This document shows positions 45,246-56,005 of a DNA stretch of 64,000 nt, in pieces (position 1 is the first letter of the stretch; each line of letters opens with the position of its first letter). The notes below the pieces were generated by a model. It had not been told where the DNA came from. It saw only the letters and a list, made by a program, of their open reading frames with translations, and made no database searches. Source of the DNA: Verrucomicrobiota bacterium (GTDB taxonomy: Bacteria > Verrucomicrobiota > Verrucomicrobiia > Limisphaerales > CANJXF01); NCBI GenBank assembly GCA_038214755.1, contig JBBQRQ010000001.1, forward strand, positions 32,001-96,000, read 5' to 3'. Made by a program: the position numbers and the translations under genes.

Positions 45246-46643
45246 GTGTTTTCTTCGGAAATTAAATCCATTCACTTCGTCGGCATTTGCGGCACAGCGA
45301 TGGGTTCCGCCGCTGCGGCGTTAGTCGAGAAAGGATTTCACGTTTCCGGTTCAGACCCGAATACCTATCCGCCGATCTCCACCTTTTTAGCGCAACGAAA
45401 AATCGAAGTCATGCCGACTTACGCCGAAAAAAATCTCACGCACAAACCTGATCTCGTCGTCATCGGCAACGCCATTTCCCGGGGCAATCCCGAAGCGGAA
45501 GCGGTGCTGGAAAAAAAATTGCGCTACTGTTCGTTGCCGGAATTACTCAAGGAATTTTTTATTCGCGGGAAACGTTCGCTCGTCGTCAGCGGCACTCATG
45601 GAAAAACGACGACTACTTCGCTGCTAACGTGGGTTTTCGAGCACAACGGATTGAACCCAAGTTTTCTCATTGGCGGCATTCCGGAAAATCTCAAGCAAGG
45701 CGCGCGCTTCACCGATAGCGAATGGTTCATCATCGAAGGCGACGAATACGACACCGCGTTTTTCGACAAGCGCAGCAAGTTCGTTCATTACCTTCCCGAA
45801 GTTGCCATCATCAACAACGTCGAATTCGATCACGCTGACATTTTTGAAAATCTGGCGGCGATCCAGCTTCAATTCAAACGCTTCATCAATTTGATTCCGC
45901 GCAACGGCTTGTTGCTCGCGAATGGCGACGATGAAAATCTCGCGCCGCTGCTCAACGTCACCCATTGCCCGGTCAAGCGATTTGGTCTCGGCGAAGCAAA
46001 TGCGTTTCGCGCGTTCAATTTAAAATTCGGCGCGACGGCCACTGAGTTTGAAATCCCCAGCTTCAAATTTCATCTCAATCTCCTCGGCGAATTGAATGTG
46101 CGGAACGCCCTCGCGGTTGTCGCGGCGGCCAAACATTGCGGACTTTCCAACAAACAAATTCAGTCGGCGTTCGATGCGTTCAAAGGAATCAAGCGTCGCA
46201 TGGAAGTGCGCGGTATCGCCGGCGGCGTCACTGTGCTCGATGATTTCGGCCATCATCCGACGGCCATTCGCGAGACGTTGCGCGCATTGCGTTTCAAATA
46301 TCCCACTCAAAAAATCTGGGCGATCTTCGAGCCGCGCACCAATACGACGCGCCGGAATATTTTTCAAAAAGAATTGGCCGAAGCCTTTGCCCAGGCCGAC
46401 GCCATTGTCGTTTCGCAAATCGCGCGACTGGAATTGCTCCGACCGGAAGAACGCCTTGACCCAGCGAAGCTGATGCAGGATTTGCAAGCGAGCGGCAAAC
46501 CGGCGGCATATTTGCCCGACGTGGAGTCCATCGTCGCGCATGTGAAAAAAGGCGCGTCGGGCGGAGATGTCATTTGCGTTTTTAGCAATGGCGGCTTCGG
46601 GGACATTCATAACAAGCTGCTGGCGCAGTTGGGTCGGAAGTAA
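45246..46643 (+). CDS. mpl: Murein peptide ligase
   Basis: IHFVGICGTAMG, GTHGKTTT, EGDEYDTAFFDKRSKF, DDFGHHPTAI, FEPR.NT, SNGGFG. Confidence 0.92.
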   Translation: MFSSEIKSIHFVGICGTAMGSAAAALVEKGFHVSGSDPNTYPPISTFLAQRKIEVMPTYAEKNLTHKPDLVVIGNAISRGNPEAEAVLEKKLRYCSLPELLKEFFIRGKRSLVVSGTHGKTTTTSLLTWVFEHNGLNPSFLIGGIPENLKQGARFTDSEWFIIEGDEYDTAFFDKRSKFVHYLPEVAIINNVEFDHADIFENLAAIQLQFKRFINLIPRNGLLLANGDDENLAPLLNVTHCPVKRFGLGEANAFRAFNLKFGATATEFEIPSFKFHLNLLGELNVRNALAVVAAAKHCGLSNKQIQSAFDAFKGIKRRMEVRGIAGGVTVLDDFGHHPTAIRETLRALRFKYPTQKIWAIFEPRTNTTRRNIFQKELAEAFAQADAIVVSQIARLELLRPEERLDPAKLMQDLQASGKPAAYLPDVESIVAHVKKGASGGDVICVFSNGGFGDIHNKLLAQLGRK

Positions 46644-46653
46644 TTTGGCCGAG

Positions 46654-46994
46654 ATGAAACTGCCTGACGGAAATCGCGCCTTTGTCGATATGCGCAAACT
46701 TCACTTCTACTGCCTCGACCCGTTCAGTCCGAAAGGCCGAAACAAAGCCCGGGTCTTTACCGCCATTCTCGGATTGAGGCAACCGATGCGAAATTTTTGC
46801 GCGATCCTTTGCTCACGGCGGCCGCCGAAAATGATTGTGAAGCTGGGGAAGCGGATGACTACGGGCAACGATACACTTTGGATTCAACACTCAGCGCTGG
46901 ATTGGGGACCCACAAAATTCGCAGTGGCTGGATTGTGCGCCATAATGAAAATTTTCCACGACTTACGACCTGTTATGTTTTAAAGTTCAAATGA
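46654..46994 (+). pseudogene. Frameshifted DUF6883-like gene
   Basis: MKLP...KL..YCLD....GRNKARVF then frame change near 46780 to ...YGQRY...RSGWI...PRLTTCYV. Confidence 0.7.
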
Positions 46995-47234
46995 ATGAAA
47001 GCTAAAGCGATTAAACTTTTAGACACGGTGGCGCTGCTTGAAAACATCCAGGCGCGGAAGCTGCGCGAGGGTGAAGTCGGCACCGTTGTTGAACTGCTGG
47101 GCGACGACGTTTACGAGGTGGAATTTTCCGATGAGGATGGTCAAACCTACGCGCAGTTTGCTCTTCGCGCCGATCAACTCATGCCGCTGCACAGCCAGGG
47201 CAAATCATGGCGCATGGCCTCCGTTGAAGCTTGA
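46995..47234 (+). CDS. DUF4926 protein
   Basis: LDTVALL...GEVGTVVE.....YEVEFSDEDGQTYA. Confidence 0.85.
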   Translation: MKAKAIKLLDTVALLENIQARKLREGEVGTVVELLGDDVYEVEFSDEDGQTYAQFALRADQLMPLHSQGKSWRMASVEA

Positions 47235-47276
47235 TTCCCGTCAAGAACTGCGACGTAATTTCACAACAGGAGCAAC

Positions 47277-47521
47277 CTCACCGAAATCATTTTTGAAGTT
47301 CGCGAGGACGAAATTGACGGCGGCTTTAATGCGAAGGCGTTGGGTCCCTCGATTTTCACGCAGGGCGATACGATGGAGGAACTCCGCACGATGGTGAAAG
47401 AGGCAGTCGCTTGCCATTTTGAAACTGAACCGCCTCAGATTATTCGCCTTCATTTTGTGCGTGACGAGATTCTAAGCGCGTGAAAATTCCGCGCGATTGC
47501 AGCGGACAACGGGGAAAATAA
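47277..47521 (+). pseudogene. HicB-like gene lacking a start codon, then a truncated HicA-like start (MKIPRDCSG)
   Basis: TEIIFEV.ED..DGGF.A.ALG.SIFTQGDT.EELR.MVKEAV.CHF read by hand; GTGA overlap at 47480. Confidence 0.65.
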
Positions 47522-47574
47522 ATTTGATTTCTCAGAGTTGTTCACGCACCCGCCGGAGGCAGATGCTACCCCGG

Positions 47575-49890
47575 TTAATGTTTCGACAGAGCGGCGGAGG
47601 GCACTCGATGGATGGTGTTGTAAATCTCCTGCTTGAGCGCCGTGCCGTCGGCGGCGGAAACGTTGTATTTAATTTTCATCTGCATGACGGGTTTCAAATC
47701 GGGAATTTCCAACGTCACTGTTTTTTTATCCGCCGAAAGTTTGACCGATTTAATTTCCACCGGGTCGTGAGTTTTTTCCTCGGGGTTTTTGATGGAGAAT
47801 TCCGGTGAACCATAGTTGGCGGTCCACTTGTAAGCCCATTGTTCGATTCCATAATTCTCCGGGTCAGCGGCGGAGGCACTGTCCAGCGGTGAGGTAAAAG
47901 TGAGTTCAAGACCGGTTGGTTTCACGTGAAGTTCGCTCGGCATGTTCACCGTTTTTCCGGTGTAGCGGACACGATGAAACGCTCCTTCTTTTCCCGCATT
48001 CGATTGCCACACCGAAAGTCCGCACAAATAAAGTTGCCCATCGCGCTTGCTGAATCGGCCCCGCATAATTCCCGACTCAAACTTCAATGGGAAACGCACC
48101 ACGCCCGCCTGCGGCTGGCCATCGACTTCCTCCGACATCACTTCGAAGAGCGAACAAGTTCCGTAGGACAGGTGGAGCAGGTGGTTTTTGAACGGCCCCC
48201 ATTTGTCGCTCGTCACCCAGACCTGGCCGCCGCTGGAATTATCGATGTTGTTGTTGTGCGGGATCCAGAGAAGCGGTTTGTCGTAATCGGTCGGAGGCTT
48301 TTCAGTGTGGGAAGTGAAAACGTGGCCCAAAAATTTTCCAGGCTTCACCAGATTGATGCGCGAGGCCGGAACCCAATTGCCTTCGTTGTCGGCGATGGTG
48401 ATTTCGTCGTGCGGTCCAACACTCAAACCGTTGGGCGCCCGCAGACCAGTGGCAACGACTTCCATTTTACCACCGTCTTTTGAAACTTTGAGCAACGTGC
48501 CTTGATGTGGCGTGACCGCTTCATGAAGATCGCCGCCTTTTGTAAAATAAAAATTTCCTTTTGAATCCGTTTCCAGGTTCAGCGCGAACTCGTGGTAGCG
48601 CGACGTAATGAAAACGTCGTTGTTAAAATTTTCATAAAAATCCGCTTCGCCGTCGCTGTTCAAGTCGTGGAGGCGCGTGATCTGATCGCGGCCAGTAATG
48701 TAAATTTTGTCGTTCACGATTTTCAGACCGAGCGGCTGGAAGAGTCCGGTGGCAAAACGTTTCCAGGTGAGCTTGTCCCATTTCTCGTCGATGCCGCTGA
48801 CGATCCAAACGTCACCGCTGACGGAGCAAAGCGCGGCTCGGCCATCGGAAAAAAAATCGAAGCCGCTCGGACGAATCCACGATTTCCACGGATTATTTTC
48901 GGGCAGAGTCAGAGTATCGACCTGATATGGACCGTCTTCTTTGCCGAGCGTGCCTTTGGTCGCGAGCGGTTCGCCCCAACGCGTTGGCCCGCCCTGGCAA
49001 AGCGATTTTAAATTCGCAATTTTCGGCTTGGCGCTCAGGAATGTTTTAAATCTCGTGAGATTTGGTTTTGCGCCTGAGCAAATAAGAATTTTGAACGAAA
49101 GATTTTTCTTCGATTTCGGCAAAACAAGAACAACGCGATCTTTGTCGCGGATGTCCCACGCCGTTTCCGCTGGCGCGCCAACAAATGCTGCGGAAAGAAA
49201 TGTTTCGTTAGATGCGCCGGAATTTGAAGTCAGCACAACACAATCGTTTTCCAGGTGCGCACTTGCTTTTGGGTTTTCGCAAACGAGTAATGACATCGGT
49301 CCCTCGGAATTTTCGATTTGGAAGGTGCGGCTGAAAATTTTTAGGCCATTGGTATTTTCCACGTCGGGCATCTCCAGCACGTCACTTTTGCCGACGGTGT
49401 AGGAAAGAATGACCTGCTCGCCGTGTAGGTAGAGTCCTTTGTAATGCGCCCAATCTTTGGGCAACGAACCGTAGGGAACATCCGCTGGTTTCTGTTGGAA
49501 ATTTTCATGGCTGTTGTCCCAACGCATTGGTCGCGGGTCCGCGAAACTTCCGTCCTTCGCCCAGCCGGGAAGATTTGGCGTCCAAAAGACAGGCGTGCCG
49601 ATTGGCTCTGGGATTCCTTCCAAGCCGCCGCGACCGGATGGCAATTTCAAAAATCCGCCCGTCCAGCCCATTGTCATGCGCAACAGTTCTGTGTCGAAAC
49701 AAACCGACGCTTCATTGGTTTCACCGAGCTTGATGGAGATGGCTTTGAGCGCAGGAAATTTTCCGGCGAATCCGCAGGTAAAAAACGGGCCGGTGTCCAT
49801 CACGTCCCATTTGGTTCCCGTTTCTTCTCCCGGAGAGGAATGGGCCAAGGTAAAGAGACTCGCGCTAAGTAACAGAATTATTTTTCGCAT
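47575..49890 (-). CDS. DUF6797 / beta-propeller exported protein
   Basis: Signal peptide, HYKGLYLHG..V.LSY.VG, WKRFATGLFQPLGL, GLRAPNG. Confidence 0.8.
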   Translation of the reverse strand: MRKIILLLSASLFTLAHSSPGEETGTKWDVMDTGPFFTCGFAGKFPALKAISIKLGETNEASVCFDTELLRMTMGWTGGFLKLPSGRGGLEGIPEPIGTPVFWTPNLPGWAKDGSFADPRPMRWDNSHENFQQKPADVPYGSLPKDWAHYKGLYLHGEQVILSYTVGKSDVLEMPDVENTNGLKIFSRTFQIENSEGPMSLLVCENPKASAHLENDCVVLTSNSGASNETFLSAAFVGAPAETAWDIRDKDRVVLVLPKSKKNLSFKILICSGAKPNLTRFKTFLSAKPKIANLKSLCQGGPTRWGEPLATKGTLGKEDGPYQVDTLTLPENNPWKSWIRPSGFDFFSDGRAALCSVSGDVWIVSGIDEKWDKLTWKRFATGLFQPLGLKIVNDKIYITGRDQITRLHDLNSDGEADFYENFNNDVFITSRYHEFALNLETDSKGNFYFTKGGDLHEAVTPHQGTLLKVSKDGGKMEVVATGLRAPNGLSVGPHDEITIADNEGNWVPASRINLVKPGKFLGHVFTSHTEKPPTDYDKPLLWIPHNNNIDNSSGGQVWVTSDKWGPFKNHLLHLSYGTCSLFEVMSEEVDGQPQAGVVRFPLKFESGIMRGRFSKRDGQLYLCGLSVWQSNAGKEGAFHRVRYTGKTVNMPSELHVKPTGLELTFTSPLDSASAADPENYGIEQWAYKWTANYGSPEFSIKNPEEKTHDPVEIKSVKLSADKKTVTLEIPDLKPVMQMKIKYNVSAADGTALKQEIYNTIHRVPSAALSKH

Positions 49891-49946
49891 GGTAAAAACT
49901 TCAATTACCGTTCGCGCGAATTGGATGCGAGTCAAAACTGCTGGAA

Positions 49947-50063
49947 CGTAGCGCAGGTTTTCAACCTGCCGTATCGCGGGTTTGCAACCCGCTGGATCTC
50001 GCCCATAGAGGTGCCCTGCCGATTGCAAATCGGCGATACAGCAGCTTGCAAAGCTGCGCTACG
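49947..50063. repeat. Family E element
   Basis: Matches 1389-1499 and 32141-32258. Confidence 0.9.
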
Positions 50064-50112
50064 GCGGAAGGTTTTCGCTTGGAGTATGACTTGAAATTAC
50101 TAATGTTCTTTT

Positions 50113-51018
50113 ATGAAGTTCCGCACGTTTAAATTTATTTCGCTTTGTTCTCTCGCCGTTTTGTTGGCGGCTCCAACAACTTTTGCCGACGCAAAAACAA
50201 AACGCATTTTGTTTTTCTCGAAATCTTCCGGCTACGAACATTCGGTGATCAAAAAGACGAATGATCTTCCGAGTTTTGCTGAAAATATTTTGAAAGAGCT
50301 CGGCGCGAAAAATAATATCGAGTTCACCTTCACGAAGGATGGGCGACTGTTCACGCCGGAAAATTTGGCGAAATATGACGCCTTCTTTTTTTACACGACG
50401 GGGGATTTGACCGAGGAAGGCAAAGATAAAAATCCGCCGATGTCCGTGGAAGGCAAAGCGGCATTTCTCGACGCCATAAAAAAAGGAAAGGGGTTCATCG
50501 GCACTCACAGCGCGACGGACACTTTTCATTCTCCCGGCAACAAAGAACATGGCGAGGCGCGCTACAAAGACGACGGCGAGTACGCGGATCCTTACATCAA
50601 GATGATTGGAGCGGAATTCATCAAGCACGGCTCGCAGCAAACGTCGCAAATGATTTGCGCGGATAAAAAGTTTCCCGGCCTGAGCGCGGTCAAATCCGAT
50701 TTTGCACCGATGGAAGAATGGTATTCGTTAAAAGATTTCGCGACGAATCTGCACGTGTTGCTGATTCAAGAGACGGCAGGAATGAAAGGGAACGTTTACC
50801 AACGCCCACCGTATCCAGCGACGTGGGCCAGGATGCATGGGAAGGGCCGCGTTTTTTATACTTCAATGGGACATCGTGAGGACGTTTGGACAAACCCCGT
50901 TTTCCAGGAAGTTCTAGCGGGTGGAATTAATTGGGCTGTCCGGAATGTTGACGCGGATGTCAAACCGAACATTGATAAAGCGACACCAAAAGCCAACCAA
51001 CTGCCGGCCGCCGAGTAA
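50113..51018 (+). CDS. ThuA-like domain protein, exported
   Basis: GFIGTHSATDT, EEWY, GKGRVFYTSMGHREDVW. Confidence 0.88.
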   Translation: MKFRTFKFISLCSLAVLLAAPTTFADAKTKRILFFSKSSGYEHSVIKKTNDLPSFAENILKELGAKNNIEFTFTKDGRLFTPENLAKYDAFFFYTTGDLTEEGKDKNPPMSVEGKAAFLDAIKKGKGFIGTHSATDTFHSPGNKEHGEARYKDDGEYADPYIKMIGAEFIKHGSQQTSQMICADKKFPGLSAVKSDFAPMEEWYSLKDFATNLHVLLIQETAGMKGNVYQRPPYPATWARMHGKGRVFYTSMGHREDVWTNPVFQEVLAGGINWAVRNVDADVKPNIDKATPKANQLPAAE

Positions 51019-51030
51019 TTTCTGGGCGGT

Positions 51031-51786
51031 TCAATAAAAAGCGTAGTTCGTGCGCCCCGCCTCGGTCACGGCCCATAAATTTATTTTTGGTCCGACAGAC
51101 TTCCATGTCTTGATGAACCGAACACTCTGATCGACGAAGTTATAGTCAGAACCGGTTCCCACCGAGTGGCGCGCTTGATTTAATTGATCGTAATCGTTGC
51201 CTTTGCCCTCTTCCAAATCCATGAAGTAATGGAAGGAATTATTTTCATCCACGTTTTTCTTTTCCCCAAAGGCGATGGTCTCGGAAGGATATTTGACCGC
51301 ATTTTCTGGCATCGCTCGCCCGACGATTGCGTCCATCGTGAAGCTGGCGCCCATCGCTTCCTTGAGGTAATCATTCCAACCGTTGAAAATATAAGTGCGG
51401 GGCGAAGCATCGGCGGCATTGACACTCTCCCGCACGGTGGGCGGCGTGTTGGGGCCATCGCTTGGACAGCGAAGGATTTTTACATCACGGTAAGTGTCGC
51501 GGAGGCGTCCCGGCCAGCGAGGGTTGTTGGCTTCACCAATCGTTCGAGGACAATAAACATCGCGATTGTCGCTGGCGTAAATATTCAACGACAGTCCAAG
51601 CTGTCGCAAATTGTTGACGCAGGAAATTCGTTTCGCGGTTTCTTTGGCGCGAGCCAAGCCGGGCAATAACATTCCAGCCAGGATGGCGATGATGGCGATA
51701 ACCACCAGGAGTTCGATTAAAGTGAATGCATATTTTGCAGAGGATGGTTCAACCCTTGCCGCAAATGGTTCGGTCATTTTTTTCAT
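51031..51786 (-). CDS. Prepilin-type N-terminal cleavage/methylation protein (DUF1559-like)
   Basis: [32 protein letters not shown]...DYNFVDQSV. Confidence 0.9.
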   Translation of the reverse strand: MKKMTEPFAARVEPSSAKYAFTLIELLVVIAIIAILAGMLLPGLARAKETAKRISCVNNLRQLGLSLNIYASDNRDVYCPRTIGEANNPRWPGRLRDTYRDVKILRCPSDGPNTPPTVRESVNAADASPRTYIFNGWNDYLKEAMGASFTMDAIVGRAMPENAVKYPSETIAFGEKKNVDENNSFHYFMDLEEGKGNDYDQLNQARHSVGTGSDYNFVDQSVRFIKTWKSVGPKINLWAVTEAGRTNYAFY

Positions 51787-51884
51787 ATGTCCTTTATTGC
51801 CTCGCTCGGAAAAGGAATTTCCATTCCAATCAAAAATTAAATCGAATATTTTTTGAGTCGAGGGGGTCATTCTAGCTTGGCTTG

Positions 51885-52325
51885 ATGAAAAACCGAACAA
51901 AATTTTTGATTTTTGCCGCAGTCATTTTGGGCGCGGTTTACATCTACCGGTTCACTGACTGGTTCGCGGAAAAAAAAATTCAAATAAAATATCGGAGCCT
52001 GGCGGAGCGCGGCGCGGCCAATACCGTCGAGCCGATTACTTTTTATCTCGAAAGGGAATATCCAATGACCTCGTTGGAGGTGATTTCTCTGGCCGATGCC
52101 GCGACCAATAAATATCCGCACGCTCTGTGGCATTTGGTTGCGGCCAGCAATGCGGTGCCGGTGACCGATTTCCTCTACGGCCAAAACGTTCCCGGAATGA
52201 AACCGAAGATCGCAGGCGTGGCGCCGGAGCCATTGGAGCCAAATAAGCGTTACCGAATTCTTTTGGAGACGACGACGATCAAGGGCGAAAAAGATTTCCA
52301 GCCGCGCGCAAAAAGCGTGAAGTGA
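51885..52325 (+). CDS. Membrane-anchored hypothetical protein, paralog 1
   Basis: N-terminal [22 protein letters not shown] shared with next gene. Confidence 0.78.
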   Translation: MKNRTKFLIFAAVILGAVYIYRFTDWFAEKKIQIKYRSLAERGAANTVEPITFYLEREYPMTSLEVISLADAATNKYPHALWHLVAASNAVPVTDFLYGQNVPGMKPKIAGVAPEPLEPNKRYRILLETTTIKGEKDFQPRAKSVK

Positions 52326-52367
52326 TTTGTAACGAAGGTCCGGCTCGCGGCGTCAACTGCGTTGGTT

Positions 52368-52817
52368 ATGTCAAAAAAAAATATTGCTCTGATCCTCGTC
52401 CTCCTGGCGTTGGGCACAATTTACGTTTTCAATTTCACCAATCTTTTTCGCGAGCCGAAAATTGAAATCACCACCAGGGTCCGTCCGCAGTTTACGCGCC
52501 GCGGAAGAGGCAATGCGCCACCGCCTCCTGCGGCCAATTCGATTTCGTTTTTTTTAAATGGCAAATACCAATTGACCTCGGTGAAGGTGGTGGAGGAGAG
52601 CGATTTTAAGACTAACAAATATCCACACGCCATCTGGCATTTGATTTCGGAAAGTAATTCTGTTCCGACTAAGGCGATTTTTTATGGAATGACCGTGGCG
52701 GGAATGAAACCGGAAATTGAAAAGACAAAAGCCGAACCGCTGCAGCCGAACGTTCCATATGTTTTGTTGGTGGAGGCTGGAGATTTGAAAGGCCAGAGCA
52801 CTTTCCGCATCCGCTAG
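52368..52817 (+). CDS. Membrane-anchored hypothetical protein, paralog 2
   Basis: N-terminal TM; TNKYPHAIWHL, GMKP, EPL.PN. Confidence 0.78.
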   Translation: MSKKNIALILVLLALGTIYVFNFTNLFREPKIEITTRVRPQFTRRGRGNAPPPPAANSISFFLNGKYQLTSVKVVEESDFKTNKYPHAIWHLISESNSVPTKAIFYGMTVAGMKPEIEKTKAEPLQPNVPYVLLVEAGDLKGQSTFRIR

Positions 52818-52820
52818 AAA

Positions 52821-53513
52821 TCAAGGGCCAGGAGGAGCCGAACTGTTCGTTCGCCATCCGGGTTCCGTCGCCCAGAGGTTGAGCGGATTAAAAGTTTTTC
52901 CCCACTTCATGAAGCGAACACTTCCATCGACGAAGGCATAATCGGATCCGCCGGAATTAGGGCGATTGGCCGAACTGTGTTTTTGTTCATCCAATTGTTT
53001 GTCGTCATCGTAAGCGTAGTAGTCCATGTAAAAATGCCCGGAGTTCTGTTCCTTTTCTCCGAAGACAATGGTTTCGGATGGTTCGTGAATGGAATTTTCG
53101 CGGATACCCGGGTTCAATCCTGGGCCGCCGAAATGATCGTTCCACCCATTGATGATATAGGTGCGCGAAGCGAAATCGGCGGGGACGCTGTTGCTCGGCA
53201 AAGTGTTTCCGAACGTGGCGGGCGTGTTCGTCAGTTCGCTTGGGCACTGCAAAATTTTCACATTGCGGTAGCCCGCTAAAAGTAAAGTTGTCCAGCGATT
53301 CGTCGTATCTCGCGGTGTGAAACGCCCATCGTTGTCATCGGCATACATGCGCTCCGAAAGGCCAAGTTGCTTCAAATTATTTATGCAAACAATTTTGCGA
53401 CCGGCTTCTTTCGCGCGGCTTAACGCGGGCAAAAGCATTCCAGCAAGAATAGCGATGATGGCAATTACCACCAGGAGTTCAATCAACGTAAAAGCTTTCG
53501 AGCGCAATTTCAT
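52821..53513 (-). CDS. Prepilin-type N-terminal cleavage/methylation protein
   Basis: [32 protein letters not shown]...DYAFVDGSV. Confidence 0.9.
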   Translation of the reverse strand: MKLRSKAFTLIELLVVIAIIAILAGMLLPALSRAKEAGRKIVCINNLKQLGLSERMYADDNDGRFTPRDTTNRWTTLLLAGYRNVKILQCPSELTNTPATFGNTLPSNSVPADFASRTYIINGWNDHFGGPGLNPGIRENSIHEPSETIVFGEKEQNSGHFYMDYYAYDDDKQLDEQKHSSANRPNSGGSDYAFVDGSVRFMKWGKTFNPLNLWATEPGWRTNSSAPPGP

Positions 53514-53670
53514 ATGTGAGTTGAGACGTGTTTTTCGCAAATTAAGTTACTCAAAATTTTCGTTCGTTTCGGCGCAAGTCTTATCCTGCACCTTCAAACT
53601 ATTTCGCGAAAGAACCGGCGGCCCAAGAATTGCAGCGGCGCGTCTGTGACCGCCGCTAAAATGTTTCAAC

Positions 53671-54636
53671 TTATTTTGCGAAGTGACACGCCGCCCAATG
53701 TCCCGGCGTGATTTCGCGCAGCGGAGGAAGATCGACGCGGCAAATATCCTGGGCGATGGGACAGCGCGGATGAAATGGGCAACCGCTCGGCGGATTTATC
53801 GGCGAGGGCACATCGCCGGGCAAAACAATGCGCTGCCGTTTTGAATCGGGATCGACCACTGGCACTGCGGAAATGAGTGCTTGCGTGTAAGGATGTTTTG
53901 GCTCTTCCACGACGGCGGTGGAGGGACCAAGCTCCACAATTTTTCCCAGATACATCACCATCACGCGGCGGCTGATGTGTTTCACCACCGCGAGATCGTG
54001 CGCGATGAAAAGATAGGCCAGGCGGTGTTGCTCCTGCAAATCCTGGAGGAGATTTATGATTTGCGCTTGCACAGAAACGTCGAGCGCGCTGACCGGTTCG
54101 TCGCAAATAATTATCTTCGGCTCGACTGCCAGCGCGCGCGCGATGCCGATTCGTTGGCGCTGGCCGCCGCTGAATTCATGGGGATATCGCTCGGCATGTT
54201 GCTCATTCAAACCCACTGCTTGCAGAAGTTCGCGAACACGTTTTCGTCGCGCGAGAGAATTCGCCGCGAGTTTGTGAATGTCCAATGCCTCGCCGATAAT
54301 TTCTTCAACCGTCATGCGCGGATTGAGCGAGCCGACCGGGTCTTGAAAAATCATTTGCAATCCGCGCCGGATCGAACGCAACTCCGCGCCGCTCATTTTC
54401 GCGATGTCTTTGCCCTCGAAGAAAGTGCTCCCGGAAGTTGGCTCGACCAGTTTCACGACGGCGCGAGCGAGCGTGGTTTTTCCGCAACCACTTTCGCCCA
54501 CCAGCCCAAGAGTTTCGCCAGGTTCAATCGTGAAGCTCACATCGTCCACCGCTTTGACATGAGCATGGACGCGACTGAAGAGCCCGTGTTTGACGGGGAA
54601 ATGGACTTTTAAATTTTTAACTTCGAGAAGCGACAT
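53671..54636 (-). CDS. Oligopeptide/dipeptide ABC transporter ATPase (OppF/DppF-like)
   Basis: [45 protein letters not shown]. Confidence 0.93.
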   Translation of the reverse strand: MSLLEVKNLKVHFPVKHGLFSRVHAHVKAVDDVSFTIEPGETLGLVGESGCGKTTLARAVVKLVEPTSGSTFFEGKDIAKMSGAELRSIRRGLQMIFQDPVGSLNPRMTVEEIIGEALDIHKLAANSLARRKRVRELLQAVGLNEQHAERYPHEFSGGQRQRIGIARALAVEPKIIICDEPVSALDVSVQAQIINLLQDLQEQHRLAYLFIAHDLAVVKHISRRVMVMYLGKIVELGPSTAVVEEPKHPYTQALISAVPVVDPDSKRQRIVLPGDVPSPINPPSGCPFHPRCPIAQDICRVDLPPLREITPGHWAACHFAK

Positions 54637-54642
54637 GAAGAG

Positions 54643-54897
54643 CTAGAGCTTATTATATTCTTCGTGGGTCCCGATCCAATCCCAGACAAAGATGTCGGAG
54701 GTTAGAAAATATCCTGTCACGCGATAATGCGCACCCACGCGCGCCGACCATTGATTAGCCCCAATCTCTTTGAACTGGAGTGAAGGATAGAAACGATTTG
54801 CCTCCCAGAGCCTATAATTTTTTCGCGCAAGTTCTTGAACGCGCTTCGGTAATTTGTTGTAACGCCGCCAAAACTCAGGGTCGGCTTTCGCCTTCAT
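54643..54897 (-). CDS. RelE/ParE-like toxin
   Basis: FW..Y..LP..VQ.LARK.Y.LW...PSLQFK...WSARVG..YR, WIGTHEEY. Confidence 0.85.
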   Translation of the reverse strand: MKAKADPEFWRRYNKLPKRVQELARKNYRLWEANRFYPSLQFKEIGANQWSARVGAHYRVTGYFLTSDIFVWDWIGTHEEYNKL

Positions 54898-55115
54898 TTC
54901 GTGTCGCACGATGGGAAATCCATCAGCTTGCCGCTCTCGGCATTTTTTTTGGAGGCTTCCATCAAACGATACAACTTGCCGCCCGGCTTGGCGTCCTCAG
55001 CCATCTGACGATCCCAATCATCGTCCTCGTAGGGATGCAGCAGAGCTTCCAACTCGCAGCGTTCTTTTGGCGAAAGCTGGTCAATCGCTTGTTTGATTTC
55101 CACAACGGTGCTCAT
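54894..55115 (-). CDS. Cognate antitoxin
   Basis: MSTV.EI..AI.QL...WDRQM..DA..G.L; ATGA overlap. Confidence 0.8.
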   Translation of the reverse strand: MSTVVEIKQAIDQLSPKERCELEALLHPYEDDDWDRQMAEDAKPGGKLYRLMEASKKNAESGKLMDFPSCDTK

Positions 55116-55178
55116 GGTGAAAAAATAAACTGAAATCCAGCAACCCGTCAATTTGTCAAATCGCCGCTTCAGGCTAAT

Positions 55179-55336
55179 GGGCGCATCTCGACACTACCAC
55201 CAAAGTAGTGGGGCAGACATCCTGTCTGCCATTGGGGCTTCCAGCCCCAGGTTCGCGGGCAAGATGCCCGCTCAGACAGGCTGGAAGCCTGCCCCACTAC
55301 ATCTGATTGGATTGGTGGTGGTGTCAAGATGCGCCC
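55179..55336. repeat. Nested palindrome: K-type ends (GGGCGCATCT...AGATGCGCCC) enclosing family J (GTAGTGGGGCAG...CTGCCCCACTAC, 55205-55300)
   Basis: Two concentric inverted-repeat pairs. Confidence 0.85.
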
Positions 55337-55396
55337 TTTGCATCATTGCTTCGGAGATTGCATTTGCCGTGGTGAAGTGCAAGTTGACCGCGCAGC

Positions 55397-55993
55397 ATGA
55401 ACGAACAATCTGGAGGATCACCACCGGGACCACTTTCTCCTCGGCCCAATCGACGGCCACCTCGCCGGCGTCGCGGCCCCCGCAGACCGCCAGATAATCG
55501 CCCGCCGCCAACTCAGTTGCCGCCGGGCGTCGCAGCGATTGCCGCCGAGCATACGACGGCTCTTCCCGTTTTCGATCAGCCTCCTCGCGACGCGGACCGG
55601 AATTTACCCGAGCGTTATCCACAACCGCATCGACCCATTGGTTCGCCCATCGCGCATGTGGTGGCGAAGGTCGAAGAAATTATCAAAACTTTAAAAGAGA
55701 CTTTGCGGGATTTGGAAGAAGCTTTGGAAACGCTCGACGACGCCCAACGCCAGCAAATCGGCGATGAAAAAGAAATTGAGTCATTGCGCAGGGCCTTGTC
55801 GATGTTGCAGCGAGATAGACAATCGTCACGAGACGAACCGCGCGATCGTCCGGAAAATCGTGGACGTGCGCCGGGAAGATCGCCCGAAAGCCACCGGGAT
55901 AAAACAATTGCTCCGCCCACAAATGATTCGGGCAACGCGACTGAGGAACCAACTCCGGCGGCAGAAACTCCATCCTCCAGACCCGTCGTATAA
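55397..55993 (+). CDS. Pro/Arg-rich protein with central coiled coil
   Basis: 198 aa; co-oriented with hslR and dtd. Confidence 0.7.
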   Translation: MNEQSGGSPPGPLSPRPNRRPPRRRRGPRRPPDNRPPPTQLPPGVAAIAAEHTTALPVFDQPPRDADRNLPERYPQPHRPIGSPIAHVVAKVEEIIKTLKETLRDLEEALETLDDAQRQQIGDEKEIESLRRALSMLQRDRQSSRDEPRDRPENRGRAPGRSPESHRDKTIAPPTNDSGNATEEPTPAAETPSSRPVV

Positions 55994-56005
55994 TTTTTTG
56001 TCGCG

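Noticed and set aside
43820..47521. Integron cassette array
   Set aside because: No attC-like RYYYAAC...GTTRRRY boundaries recognised and no intI
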